The notes beneath the pieces were generated by a model. It made no database searches. It was given only the letters and a program-made list of their open reading frames with translations, and had not been told where the DNA came from. Shown here in pieces: positions 1-12,334 of a stretch of DNA of 64,000 nucleotides. The position numbers and the translations under genes were made by a program. Each line of letters opens with the position of its first letter. Positions within the stretch are counted from its first letter, which is position 1. This stretch comes from an uncultured Candidatus Binatia bacterium (GTDB lineage: Bacteria > Desulfobacterota > Binatia > UBA9968 > CAXXLF01): the NCBI GenBank assembly GCA_965218425.1, contig OZ244621.1, positions 2,368,001 to 2,432,000 of the forward strand. Direction: 5' to 3'.

Positions 1-517
1 CCCAGCGTCGTCCCTCCATGACAGCATTGGTGTGAGGGAAAAGAGATGCTGTATGACCATCCGGTCCGAGGCCCAATAGTATCAGATCAAAAGAGGGCGG
101 CTCCCCCTGATCGGAGACTCCGAAGGCTTGGGCGATCTCGGTTTGATAGTCCCTGGCGGCGGACTCTTGGTCCTCGCGCTCGGCTTGCATGCGGTGGATT
201 TGCTTAAGAGGAATTTTGAGCCTTTGAAGCAGTGCTTTGTTGGCCATATTGAAATTCGAGTCAGGATGATCAGGGGCCACTGTTCGTTCGTCTCCCCAGA
301 AGAACTCCACCTTTTCCCATTCCACCTTATCACGGTTCGGTGGCTCGGCCAGCAATTGGAACAGTCGTCGCGGCGTGGATCCGCCGGATAGAACCACTCT
401 AAATTGCCCGCCGTGGGCGGTTACGCTGCGGGCAATTTGGATGAACTTTTCTGCTGCCGCGTGGCTGAGATGCTCTGGGTCTGGAAATTTTTCCAATGCT
501 ACGCCTAAACGCCTCAT
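1..517 (-). CDS. pgl: 6-phosphogluconolactonase (3' end runs off window)
   Basis: Not in ORF track. Manual minus-strand translation from ATG 517 gives MRRLGVALEKFPDPEHL...VVLSGGSTP...FFWGDERTV...DLILLGLGPDGHTASLFP, the Pgl/DevB motifs; directly downstream of gnd. Confidence 0.93.
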   Translation of the reverse strand, partial: MRRLGVALEKFPDPEHLSHAAAEKFIQIARSVTAHGGQFRVVLSGGSTPRRLFQLLAEPPNRDKVEWEKVEFFWGDERTVAPDHPDSNFNMANKALLQRLKIPLKQIHRMQAEREDQESAARDYQTEIAQAFGVSDQGEPPSFDLILLGLGPDGHTASLFPHTNAVMEGRRW

Positions 518-567
518 GGTTCCCGTAGTGTATCATCGAGCGGGATAGTTACGCGAGTTGTAACCTC

Positions 568-1551
568 CTAACCCCCGGTGGGGAGCTCCACATGGCCGCC
601 GAACTTGTAACGCATGGCGGACAATACCTTTTCCGCAAACGTATGCTCCTGTCGTGAACGGAAACGCGCATAGAGGGAGGATGAGAGAACGTCCGCAGGC
701 ACCGCCTCTTCCACTGCTGCCTGTACCGTCCAACGCCCTTCTCCCGAATCCTGTACGAATCCGGAAAAGTCGGCGAGGGTTGGGCTTTCAAGCATGGCCA
801 TGGCTGTTAGGTCAAGCAGCCAAGAACTTATCACGCTGCCCCGCCGCCAAACCTCTGCGATATCTGCTGTATTGAGATCGTATCGCAGATCTTCCGGTAG
901 CTCCTTGGTGTTGGCATTGTGTAGGATGTCAAATCCTTCCGCGTAAGCCTGCATGAGACCGTACTCGATGCCATTGTGAATCATCTTTACGAAGTGTCCT
1001 GAGCCCGCCGGTCCGCAGTGCAAGTATCCCTCTTCCGGGCCTGCGGTTTTTTCAGTCCGTCCCGGCGTCCGCTCAATGTCCCCGCGACCGGGTGCAAGGC
1101 TCTTGAAAATTGGGTCCAGGTGATGGACGACCTGCTTAGGACCGCCTATCATCATGCAGTATCCGCGCTCCAATCCCCAGATCCCACCACTGGTGCCCAC
1201 GTCCACGTAGTGAAGTCCTTTTTGCTGTAAGATCTTGGCCCTGCGGACATCATCTTTAAAGTTGGAATTGCCCCCGTCGATAATGATGTCTCCAGACTCC
1301 AATTGTTCAGCCAGGGAGAACACGGTCTTTTCGGTGGGTTCTCCGGCAGGAACCATCACCCAGACCACCCGGGGCTTATTGAGTTTCCCTACGAAATCAT
1401 CCAGTGACGTGGCCCCCTGGGATCCCTCCTTTACCAGCTCTTTCACATTTTCAGGATTTAGGTCAAAGGAGACACAGAAATGCCCCCCACGCATCAGACG
1501 CCGCACAATGTTAGAGCCCATACGGCCCAAACCCACCATACCTAGTTGCAT
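568..1551 (-). CDS. gnd: 6-phosphogluconate dehydrogenase, decarboxylating (short type)
   Basis: GLGRMG Rossmann motif, [38 protein letters not shown]. Confidence 0.95.
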   Translation of the reverse strand: MQLGMVGLGRMGSNIVRRLMRGGHFCVSFDLNPENVKELVKEGSQGATSLDDFVGKLNKPRVVWVMVPAGEPTEKTVFSLAEQLESGDIIIDGGNSNFKDDVRRAKILQQKGLHYVDVGTSGGIWGLERGYCMMIGGPKQVVHHLDPIFKSLAPGRGDIERTPGRTEKTAGPEEGYLHCGPAGSGHFVKMIHNGIEYGLMQAYAEGFDILHNANTKELPEDLRYDLNTADIAEVWRRGSVISSWLLDLTAMAMLESPTLADFSGFVQDSGEGRWTVQAAVEEAVPADVLSSSLYARFRSRQEHTFAEKVLSAMRYKFGGHVELPTGG

Positions 1552-1554
1552 ATT

Positions 1555-2313
1555 CTATTCTCCTTTCGCGTCTTTGAATCCGTGATGAATGGCTTGTTGC
1601 CTCCGATTTGGTGTTCTAGACCCTTTCCCTGGAACTCGCTGCTTGATCTCAACAGATTCACCGTTCTGAACCACGACGGTGTCTGTCATACCTAAAAACA
1701 GTCCGGTCCCCACAACGCCGGGGATAGCCAATACGGATCTTTCTATGGACGCCGCATCAGCCATGGCGCTAACGGTGCAATCCAGAATATAATTGCCGTT
1801 ATCGGTGACAAATACCTTGCCGTCCTGCAGACGTGGCTTTGAAGGATAGCCCAGCTCTGCCAGGCGCCGGCGGCAATGGGAGAGGCCAAAGGGAATAACC
1901 TCCACGGGTAAAATTCCGCGGGACCCCAACTCGGGAACAAGTTTTGTGGAGTCCACCAGGATCACCAACCGGTTGGAAGCCGCGGCCACGATCTTTTCGC
2001 GTAACAAGGCACCGCCGTAGCCTTTAATGAGATCCAGATTCGGATCCACTTCATCTGCACCATCGACGCTGATGTCGATGGAATTGACCTGTTCCAGGCT
2101 CGCCAGTGAAATGCCGAGCTCCGTAGCCATCTCCTGCGTTGCTTGAGATGTGGGCACACAGCGGATTCGCAATCCTGATTTCACACGCTGACCCAGGAGA
2201 CCCACGAAAGTGAACGCTGCCCTCCCAGAGCCCAGACCCACCACGTTGCCCTCCTGTATCCATTGCAGAGCGCGTTCAGCCGCCAGATTGGATTTCGATT
2301 TGGATTCCATCAC
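1555..2313 (-). CDS. rpiA: ribose-5-phosphate isomerase A
   Basis: VGLGSG, DGADEVD, LIKGYGGALLREKIVA, TDNGNYILD motifs. Confidence 0.95.
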   Translation of the reverse strand: MMESKSKSNLAAERALQWIQEGNVVGLGSGRAAFTFVGLLGQRVKSGLRIRCVPTSQATQEMATELGISLASLEQVNSIDISVDGADEVDPNLDLIKGYGGALLREKIVAAASNRLVILVDSTKLVPELGSRGILPVEVIPFGLSHCRRRLAELGYPSKPRLQDGKVFVTDNGNYILDCTVSAMADAASIERSVLAIPGVVGTGLFLGMTDTVVVQNGESVEIKQRVPGKGSRTPNRRQQAIHHGFKDAKGE

Positions 2314-2365
2314 CGTAATGAATCAACCAATGGTGTCATCCTCATGTCAGAGTGATAAGAGTTGC

Positions 2366-5233
<2,868 letters not shown>

Positions 5234-5284
5234 TTTCAGCCTCCCTGTTGATACACCGTTTTTATACAGGCTAGTGGTCGGGAT

Positions 5285-6685
5285 TCAATCCTCCGCCCTC
5301 ACCTTGTTATAACCATCCAGTGCAGCCACTCTGTAGCACTCGGCAAAGGTGGGGTAGTTGAAAGTGTTTTCGATAAAGTAGTCGATGGTTCCCTCGTAGG
5401 CGAGCACCGCCTGACCGATGTGGATGATCTCAGTGGCCCCCTGGCCGATGGCGTGGACGCCCAGGAGCCTGCGTGAATCAGGATCAAAAAGCAACTTCAG
5501 CATTCCCACCTTATCACCGAGGATCTGTCCCCGGGCAATCTCACGGTAGCGGGCCACACCAATCTCATAGGGAGTGCGTTGCTCGGTAAGTTGTTGTTCG
5601 TTTTTTCCCACCAGTGATATCTCGGGCACCGTGTAGATTCCATAGGGGATCAGGTGGGGGCGGTCGTGGGTTGGAGCGCCGAAGGCATGGCAGGCCGCCA
5701 GCCGTCCCTGCTCCATGGAAGAAGAGGCAAGGCTTGGGAAGCCGATCACATCCCCCGCCGCATAAATATGCGGAACTTTGGTTTGGAAGTGCTCGTTCAC
5801 CGTGATCCGTCCACGATGGTCCGTTGCAATCCCCAGTGCTTCGAGGCCTAGTAACCGAGTTGCCCCTTGTCTCCCCACGGCATACAGAAGTGCATCGGAA
5901 AGCAGCTTCTTACCACTTCGAAAAGTCGTGCGCACCCTGCCCTTTGAAGTCTTTTCGATGGCCACTACCTCTTTGTCGAAGGTAAGCGTTACCCCGATAT
6001 CCCGCATGTGATAGGCGAGGGCCTCGGCGATCTCGTTGTCCACGAAGTCCAGAAGACGTGATGTCTGATCAATTAAGGTGACTTCAATGTCGAGAAGGGC
6101 AAGAATGCTTGCGTATTCGGTGCCGATGACTCCGGCCCCCACCACCACAAGAGAACGCGGGAGTCGGGAGAAGGTATCGAGACCCTCAGCGTCGATGATC
6201 AGATTGTCTTCAAAGGGAACCACGTCCGGGCGGGTGGGAACAGTTCCCGTTGCGATCAGAAAACTGTCTGCATTGAGCAGACGGCTGCTGCCACGGATTT
6301 TCAAAGTGTGAAGGTCGGAAAAATAGGAGTCTCCCTCCACCACCTCCACATGGTTTCTCTCTAGCTGCCTGAAGACCACCCGGGTTTCGTTCTCTACCAC
6401 CGCTTCGCATCGATGCATTAAGTCCTGCATGGTCAGGTCTTTTTTCTCGTATGCAGCATAGGCTTGCCGGTGGTAGAAACCGGTATAGTAAAGAACCGCT
6501 TCGCGCAGGGTCTTGCTGGGGATGGCCCCCTGTTGTATACAGCTGCCGCCGAGGGAATGGGGGCGATCGATTATGACGACCCGTTTGCCAAGCTTGGCAG
6601 CTTGGATGGCCGCCTTCTGCCCCGCGGGACCCGACCCAATGACTGCTAGATCGTACCGTTCGTTCATCCTTATATAATTATCCAC
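5285..6685 (-). CDS. sthA: soluble (Si-specific) NAD(P)+ transhydrogenase
   Basis: GSGPAG FAD motif, GGSCIQQGAIPSKTLREA (no redox CxxxxC), GIYTVPEIS, FNYPTFAECYRVAALDG. The start may be ATG 6667. Confidence 0.88.
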   Translation of the reverse strand: MDNYIRMNERYDLAVIGSGPAGQKAAIQAAKLGKRVVIIDRPHSLGGSCIQQGAIPSKTLREAVLYYTGFYHRQAYAAYEKKDLTMQDLMHRCEAVVENETRVVFRQLERNHVEVVEGDSYFSDLHTLKIRGSSRLLNADSFLIATGTVPTRPDVVPFEDNLIIDAEGLDTFSRLPRSLVVVGAGVIGTEYASILALLDIEVTLIDQTSRLLDFVDNEIAEALAYHMRDIGVTLTFDKEVVAIEKTSKGRVRTTFRSGKKLLSDALLYAVGRQGATRLLGLEALGIATDHRGRITVNEHFQTKVPHIYAAGDVIGFPSLASSSMEQGRLAACHAFGAPTHDRPHLIPYGIYTVPEISLVGKNEQQLTEQRTPYEIGVARYREIARGQILGDKVGMLKLLFDPDSRRLLGVHAIGQGATEIIHIGQAVLAYEGTIDYFIENTFNYPTFAECYRVAALDGYNKVRAED

Positions 6686-6782
6686 CTAATGCGGGAAAAG
6701 ACCAAGGCCCGTGGGCCTCATAGGCCGAGGTTGAATCCGGATGATGTTTTAAGATGGGTACAAAACAGGGGGGCGATGGGGT

Positions 6783-7199
6783 CTATTTCCCGGTCTCGCC
6801 CTCGGCTACTTGGATACGTACCAGCGCACGTCGAAGGGCAGCTTGAGCGACGCTGAACTCCTGGTTCTCAGGGTTCAAATCCTCCATCCTTTTTTCCGCC
6901 TTTTCCCGCGCGCTCCTTGCCCGTTCTACGTCGATTTCGCCCGCATACTCGGCGGCATCGGCCAGCACGGTCATTTCATTGTCGAGGACTTCGGTATACC
7001 CGCCGCTTAGGGCAAGGCGGATTCGATCTGCCCCCGCCTTATAGCTCATTTCTCCAATATCCAGCGTGGTTAGGAAGGCAATGTGATTTGGTAATACCCC
7101 CAACTCACCCGGAGTGCCTGGTACCGTAACTTCATCCACCTCCTGCTCCAGTAGGAGCCTGCTGGGTGTGACCAATTTCAATAGGACCTTTTCAGCCAT
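6783..7199 (-). CDS. atpC: F1Fo ATP synthase epsilon subunit (orphan copy)
   Basis: LKLVTPSR, GELGVLPNHIAFLTTL, LSGGYTEV, VLADAAE...IDVERA, C-terminal ALRRALVRIQVA helix. Confidence 0.9.
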   Translation of the reverse strand: MAEKVLLKLVTPSRLLLEQEVDEVTVPGTPGELGVLPNHIAFLTTLDIGEMSYKAGADRIRLALSGGYTEVLDNEMTVLADAAEYAGEIDVERARSAREKAEKRMEDLNPENQEFSVAQAALRRALVRIQVAEGETGK

Positions 7200-7428
7200 G
7201 AGAATTTAACCAATCTTTGAGTAAATTTGGTGCGACCGTTGATTCTAAGGGAAGCAGGGGCAGCGGTCAATGGCATTTCCGAGTCTGTCCTTTTTCTGCT
7301 TCAAGGACAGGCTACCATTCCTCCCATAGGACGCGGGTACGTAAATGTGCACAAATGTACCTTGGCGGGTCAAAAAGTAAAGAGGAAAATTTAGGATTAA
7401 ACTCGGAACGGAATGAGATCCATTGTAG

Positions 7429-7726
7429 ATGGGCGAGCTCGAAAGAGGAAGAAAACGGGTAGTCATTGAGGGGGTCCGACCAGAGATCGATGGGGGACGT
7501 TTCCCTGTGAAGCGAGTCGTGGGGAAAGGGTCACGGTCGAGGCGGACATCTACGCGGACGGGCATGATGCCATTTCTGCTGTGCTCAGTATCAAAAAGAA
7601 GGGGACGTACAATGGGAAGAGGTTCCCATGGTGCTCCTGGACAACGACCGTTGGCGTGGTGATTTTGAGGTTTCGGAAGTTGGCTGTTATCGCTTCCATT
7701 TTCGGAACCAACGGTTCCGAGGGTGA
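7429..7726 (+). pseudogene. glgE: 5' relic of GlgE (maltosyltransferase) N-terminal domain, two frameshifts, truncated
   Basis: Joining frames gives GRKRVVIEGVRPEIDGGRFPVKRVVG / RVTVEADIYADGHDAISAVL / QYQKEGDVQWEEVPMVLLDNDRWRGDFEVSEVGCY, the typical GlgE N-terminus; it then stops. Confidence 0.82.
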
Positions 7727-7788
7727 AGACGGTTGATCCCTAGATAACGTGATCTTTCTCGGCGAGTTGCGAGATTTTCCTGCCGTTC

Positions 7789-9408
7789 CTAGGCGGTAGT
7801 GCGGATGACCATATCAGTTAACTGACGCCACTCCGTTTGAGTGCCTTCCATCAGACGATTTGCCTGTTCCGGCCCATCGGTAAACGGGTAATAATTGGGA
7901 AACTGCGGGGGAGGAAGGTTGGCCCAGCCCTGGAGGACGGATGTGATGAACCTCCAGCTATACTCCACTTCGTCCGATCGAGTGAAAAGGGAGGCATCTC
8001 CCCGTAGGGCGTCCAGTAAGAGACGTTCGTAAGCCTCCGGGGAGCGCTGTTGAAAACCATGCTTGTATAGAAAATCCATGTTAACTTCTGAAAGTATGAT
8101 TCGCATGCCCGGCTGCTTGCAGGCAAAGGAAAGGCTGATCCCCTCATCGGGTTGGATCCTGAGCACCAGCACGTTGGTATAGGCTTTTACGGGCGCCATG
8201 TCGTTATCGTCGGGAAGTTGCTGGAAGAGATGGAGGGGTGGACGCTTGAACTCCACAGCGATCTCGGACACTCGATTGCGCAACCGCTTACCCGTGCGCA
8301 GAAAGAACGGAACGCCGGCCCAGCGCCAGTTGTCGATTTTGGTGCGAAGCGCCACATAGGTCTCCATCACGGAATTTGCCTCCACCTCTTCTTCTTGACG
8401 GTAGCCCTTCACAGGCTTCCCGTTCAATTCGCCGATCCCGTACTGACCGCGAACCGTGGATGCGGCCACTTCACTGCGTGTGAGAGGAACCAAAGCGCGC
8501 AACACTTTGACCTTTTCATCCCGAATGGATTGCGGTTCCAGGGAGCTGGGGGGTTCCATGGCAATCAAGCAGAGCAGTTGCAGCATGTGGTTTTGCACGA
8601 TGTCTCGGAGCGCCCCTGCGGTATCGTAAAACGCGCCGCGGCGTCCTTCCATCCCTAAGGTTTCCGCCACGGTGATCTGGACGTTATCAATATATTTTTG
8701 GTTAAATAGGGGTTCGAATATGGAATTCCCGAATCGAAAACTCAAAATGTTCTGGACCGTCTCCTTGCCCAGGTAATGGTCAATTCGATAGATTTGACTC
8801 TCTTCCAGAGACTCCTTGATGTCCCGGTTAAGCTTACGGCCACTGGCCAAATCGCGGCCGAAGGGTTTTTCGATGATGACCCTTGACCAGATCTTCTCCC
8901 GTGCGCCGCAGATGAGACCGGCCTCACAAAGATTGTGAATAATCGTGGGAAAGAACTGCGGGGCCACGGAGAGATAAAAAAGCCGGTTGCCGGGCAGATC
9001 GAACTTTTTATCTAACTGCTCGAGTTTTTCCTTTAGTTTTTTAAAGGACTCCAGCTCATTGTTATTCCCTGCCTGGTAGTGCAAGGCGCGCACCGAGGGG
9101 CTATCGACACTAATCGTTTTCTCTCCTTGTGGGATTCGCTGTTTAATTTCCCCTACCATTGCCTCCCTATAGGCTTCATCAGACATTTCCGTTCTGGAAA
9201 ATCCCACCACGGCGTAACGGTCCGGAAGGTAGTTGGACTCCTGGAGCTGGTAAAGGGCTGGGATCAACATCCTCTTGCTTAGGTCGCCGGAGGCGCCGAA
9301 AATGACCACCGCCACTGGATCTTTGGCCCGAAAGAGTTCATGACCGGCATCCACGGTCCCCGAAGAACTAATGTGCACCGATGCTTTGATTCCAGCGGGA
9401 TCATCCAT
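7789..9408 (-). CDS. zwf: glucose-6-phosphate 1-dehydrogenase
   Basis: IFGASGDL, IIEKPFG, RIDHYLGKETVQN, RWAGVPFFLRTGKRL, EAYERLLLD. Confidence 0.97.
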   Translation of the reverse strand: MDDPAGIKASVHISSSGTVDAGHELFRAKDPVAVVIFGASGDLSKRMLIPALYQLQESNYLPDRYAVVGFSRTEMSDEAYREAMVGEIKQRIPQGEKTISVDSPSVRALHYQAGNNNELESFKKLKEKLEQLDKKFDLPGNRLFYLSVAPQFFPTIIHNLCEAGLICGAREKIWSRVIIEKPFGRDLASGRKLNRDIKESLEESQIYRIDHYLGKETVQNILSFRFGNSIFEPLFNQKYIDNVQITVAETLGMEGRRGAFYDTAGALRDIVQNHMLQLLCLIAMEPPSSLEPQSIRDEKVKVLRALVPLTRSEVAASTVRGQYGIGELNGKPVKGYRQEEEVEANSVMETYVALRTKIDNWRWAGVPFFLRTGKRLRNRVSEIAVEFKRPPLHLFQQLPDDNDMAPVKAYTNVLVLRIQPDEGISLSFACKQPGMRIILSEVNMDFLYKHGFQQRSPEAYERLLLDALRGDASLFTRSDEVEYSWRFITSVLQGWANLPPPQFPNYYPFTDGPEQANRLMEGTQTEWRQLTDMVIRTTA

Positions 9409-9656
9409 GGGGGATCTTCCTCCTCATTAGTATCGAAATCTGAAAAATAGGGAATCGAACCCTTCCTGAGGTATGATACATGGTCTCAAAAGAGCTGTCG
9501 AGGTACCTATCCAGAGGGATGGTTTAATATAAAGCGGAGTTCATCTCCATCCATGGGGTTCACCCAAGTTGACAGATATTGGATGGGTGGATATTCTCTA
9601 ATACGAGTCGGCGGGTGTTGACCTCCGCTGATGCATCTAACCTAGAGGGTTCGATT

Positions 9657-10076
9657 ATGGGAATTCACCAAGCAATTCTCGGACATGTGGTCCTAAACGT
9701 TGGCAATCTCGAGCAGTCGGAAGAGTTTTACCGAGACATTCTGGGCATGATGGTCTCGGCAAGAAACCCGAGAACGAGAATGTCCTTTTTGAGCTTTGGC
9801 CAAGAGCATCACGACGTGGCCCTCTCTGAATTGCCCAGAGAAGCGAAAAGGATTTCGGGCGAGGAGTTCCCCGGCATGCACCATTTCTGTGTCTATGTGA
9901 GAACCCCCGAAGAAGTGGATGCTCTTGTCCCTGTTCTTAGGAAGAAAGGCGTAAGCATTGTTAGCGGCCCGGAAAATCTCGAGGTGGCAGGAAACCGCTC
10001 GGTGAGTTTCCTGGATCCAGACGGCAACCGGCTCGAGGTTGCCTGCAACGCGAACAAGTTTGAGGGAAAGACATGA
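9657..10076 (+). CDS. VOC (glyoxalase/extradiol-dioxygenase fold) family protein
   Basis: LGHVVLNV...FYRDILG, HHDVAL, GMHHFC, SFLDPDGNRLEV; ATG 9657 follows GAGGG. Confidence 0.85.
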   Translation: MGIHQAILGHVVLNVGNLEQSEEFYRDILGMMVSARNPRTRMSFLSFGQEHHDVALSELPREAKRISGEEFPGMHHFCVYVRTPEEVDALVPVLRKKGVSIVSGPENLEVAGNRSVSFLDPDGNRLEVACNANKFEGKT

Positions 10077-10120
10077 TAGACTTTAAATTGTGGCAGAATC
10101 ATCAGTGAGGGCTGGGGAAT

Positions 10121-10678
10121 ATGGATTTGCTTTCTACCTATAACCTCAAGCGCTGGGTGAAAGAGAACGCCCATCTGTTCAACCCGCCATTCAAGACGAA
10201 CCGAGTGTTGGCCTGTCATCAAGATTTCATTGTGATGATCCTGCGAGGTCCCAATACCAGGTTGGATTTTCACGTCGAGGAGGGTGAAGAGTTTTTCTAC
10301 CAGATCGAGGGTGATATCGAGTTCCATATCAAATCTCCAGATGACCGTCGTCAAGTGGTAAAAATTCGCGAGGGGGAGGTGTTTTTATGTCCTGGCAGGC
10401 TGCCCCACTCCCCGCGGCGCGAGGCAGGAACCTGGGGACTGGTCATTGAACGTAAAAGGCGTCCGGAAGAGATGGAAGAGTTTGTGTGGTTCTGTGAGAA
10501 GTGTGATGAAAAGGTGCATTCTCAGGCGGTGGCTCAAGGAGACATCGCCGCGCAGGTTGGCCGAATCTATGAGGCCTTTAACTCGGATGCCAAGTTACGT
10601 ACCTGCGCAGCCTGTGGCTTCGTTTTTCCCCGGACTCCCATGTCTGAGAGACTTGGGTTTTTGGAGTCGAAATCCTAA
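10121..10678 (+). CDS. nbaC: 3-hydroxyanthranilate 3,4-dioxygenase-like protein
   Basis: GPNTRLDFHVEEGEEFFYQIEG and PHSPRR iron ligands, GLVIERKR, rubredoxin-like CEKC...CAAC site. Confidence 0.88.
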   Translation: MDLLSTYNLKRWVKENAHLFNPPFKTNRVLACHQDFIVMILRGPNTRLDFHVEEGEEFFYQIEGDIEFHIKSPDDRRQVVKIREGEVFLCPGRLPHSPRREAGTWGLVIERKRRPEEMEEFVWFCEKCDEKVHSQAVAQGDIAAQVGRIYEAFNSDAKLRTCAACGFVFPRTPMSERLGFLESKS

Positions 10679-10794
10679 AAGCCCTCCAGGTAAGGGCGAA
10701 CTCCGCAGGGAACTAAGATCTCTCGCCGTCATCCAGTTCCTATGCCCTAGCTGTTTTCCAAATGAAGCCGGGTTAGCCGAACAGGGAGGATCTA

Positions 10795-11478
10795 ATGAGA
10801 AAATACGGTCTCGCTCACGTGGTAGGAATATTGGGAATTCTACTCCTTTCCCTGTCCACCTTCGCCCAATCTCCCGTCCGTACCGAATCCCTTTCACCCA
10901 CGCCCCAGGCACCGCAAGAAAGGCCTGGGGAAGAAGGAACTGTAAGAGCCACTTTGGATGCCCAGGTCCGCCCTGCACAGGTCCCTAGAGCCCCCAGGGG
11001 GTGGTCCATTGAGCTTGAAGCCACAAAAACCCCGCAGGCACAGCCTTTGGAGGTGGCCGAAGGGTCCCGATGGTACGTTGGCATTGGCGTGTTACTGATC
11101 CTTTCTCTTCTGGGAAACGCTTTTCAGCTTTATCGACAGAGCCTATATGGTAAAACCATTGGAAACCAACTCGTCTCCACATTCAATAGCATTGCCTGGT
11201 CATTGACCAGGTGTACCGGTAAAACGAGGGAGCTGGATGAAAGATTGACCGGCCAAAAGATCGCCGAGCCGGTCCTATTGAAGGAGTTCCGTGAGTTCAC
11301 TGTGGATTCCGAGTTCATTCTCCGGGCGCTCAACGAACAGTTGATTTCAGTGGCACGGAACCTCAGGCGAAAAGACCAAAGGTGGGGAGAAGGTCAATTT
11401 GGCCACTCCCCCGAGGAGATTGAAAAGCTGCGAAGGGTAAATACTGAGCGGTCGTTGGAGCGATCACAGACCGCGTGA
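10795..11478 (+). CDS. hypothetical membrane protein
   Basis: GGAGG RBS, N-terminal signal-like segment, Pro-rich linker, one TM segment (WYVGIGVLLILSLLGNAF), helical C-terminus. Confidence 0.65.
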   Translation: MRKYGLAHVVGILGILLLSLSTFAQSPVRTESLSPTPQAPQERPGEEGTVRATLDAQVRPAQVPRAPRGWSIELEATKTPQAQPLEVAEGSRWYVGIGVLLILSLLGNAFQLYRQSLYGKTIGNQLVSTFNSIAWSLTRCTGKTRELDERLTGQKIAEPVLLKEFREFTVDSEFILRALNEQLISVARNLRRKDQRWGEGQFGHSPEEIEKLRRVNTERSLERSQTA

Positions 11479-11569
11479 TGGGGACCGTGCCCAGCCGGAA
11501 ACGATGCAAAATGGTCCCAACTTAACACATGGAGAGGGGCCTAAAAATTCTTTGGGGGAAATTAGAATC

Positions 11570-11926
11570 ATGAGGCTAGCAGGACTTGGCAATTTACTGC
11601 GTTTGGGACCGCAACGGCTCCTATTGTCTCTGGTTCATCTTCCGAACTTCTTCAAACTCTTCTGGCGACTCTTCAAGGATGGACGGGTTGGGCTCACGCC
11701 CAAGCTGCTTCTCCTTCTTCTTGTGGCCTACGTGGTGATGCCGGTGGATCTATTGCCGGACCTTCTGCCAGGATTGGGTCAGTTGGACGATCTGTTACTG
11801 GTCTTCCTCGGACTGAAGGGCTTTATCTGGCTTTGCCCGCGGGAGGTTGTCCGGGAGCATGTCAGGGCCATTGCAGCCAATGAGACCGTGCGCAGGCCAG
11901 GAAGGAAACAGTACAGGAAACCGTGA
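11570..11926 (+). CDS. YkvA/DUF1232 family membrane protein
   Basis: RLFKDGRV...YVVMPVDLLPDLLPGLGQLDDL motif. Confidence 0.85.
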   Translation: MRLAGLGNLLRLGPQRLLLSLVHLPNFFKLFWRLFKDGRVGLTPKLLLLLLVAYVVMPVDLLPDLLPGLGQLDDLLLVFLGLKGFIWLCPREVVREHVRAIAANETVRRPGRKQYRKP

Positions 11927-12334
11927 CCTTAGAACAAACAGCTTGGCTTAAATGCTCCTGGCACCTGATTCCACGTGGGGTCGGATGACCCTTCTGCACC
12001 AGATTTAACCGGGAGTGTCAAAGTTCAACTTGTCGATAGGGGGTCATATTGAGCCCCATCCACCCAAATTCCCGTTAATCTGCACTAAAAAAACCTGTCG
12101 CTTAAGTGAGTCCACAGGCGAGACGGCAACTTAGGCCTCCCATGTCCCAATGGACCTTGTTGTCGTAAAAACGACAAAAGATGTCATAAAGGATGGATGG
12201 GAACAAAGGCTTTGAGTTCGATTATAGCGGGGAAAACAAGGATTTTTTCACGTTCAAAGCTATAACGCCAGAACACCATCAGCTCCCTGCAAGGTTCGGA
12301 AGGATTTGGCAGGGAGCATAAACCATCGACCTTC

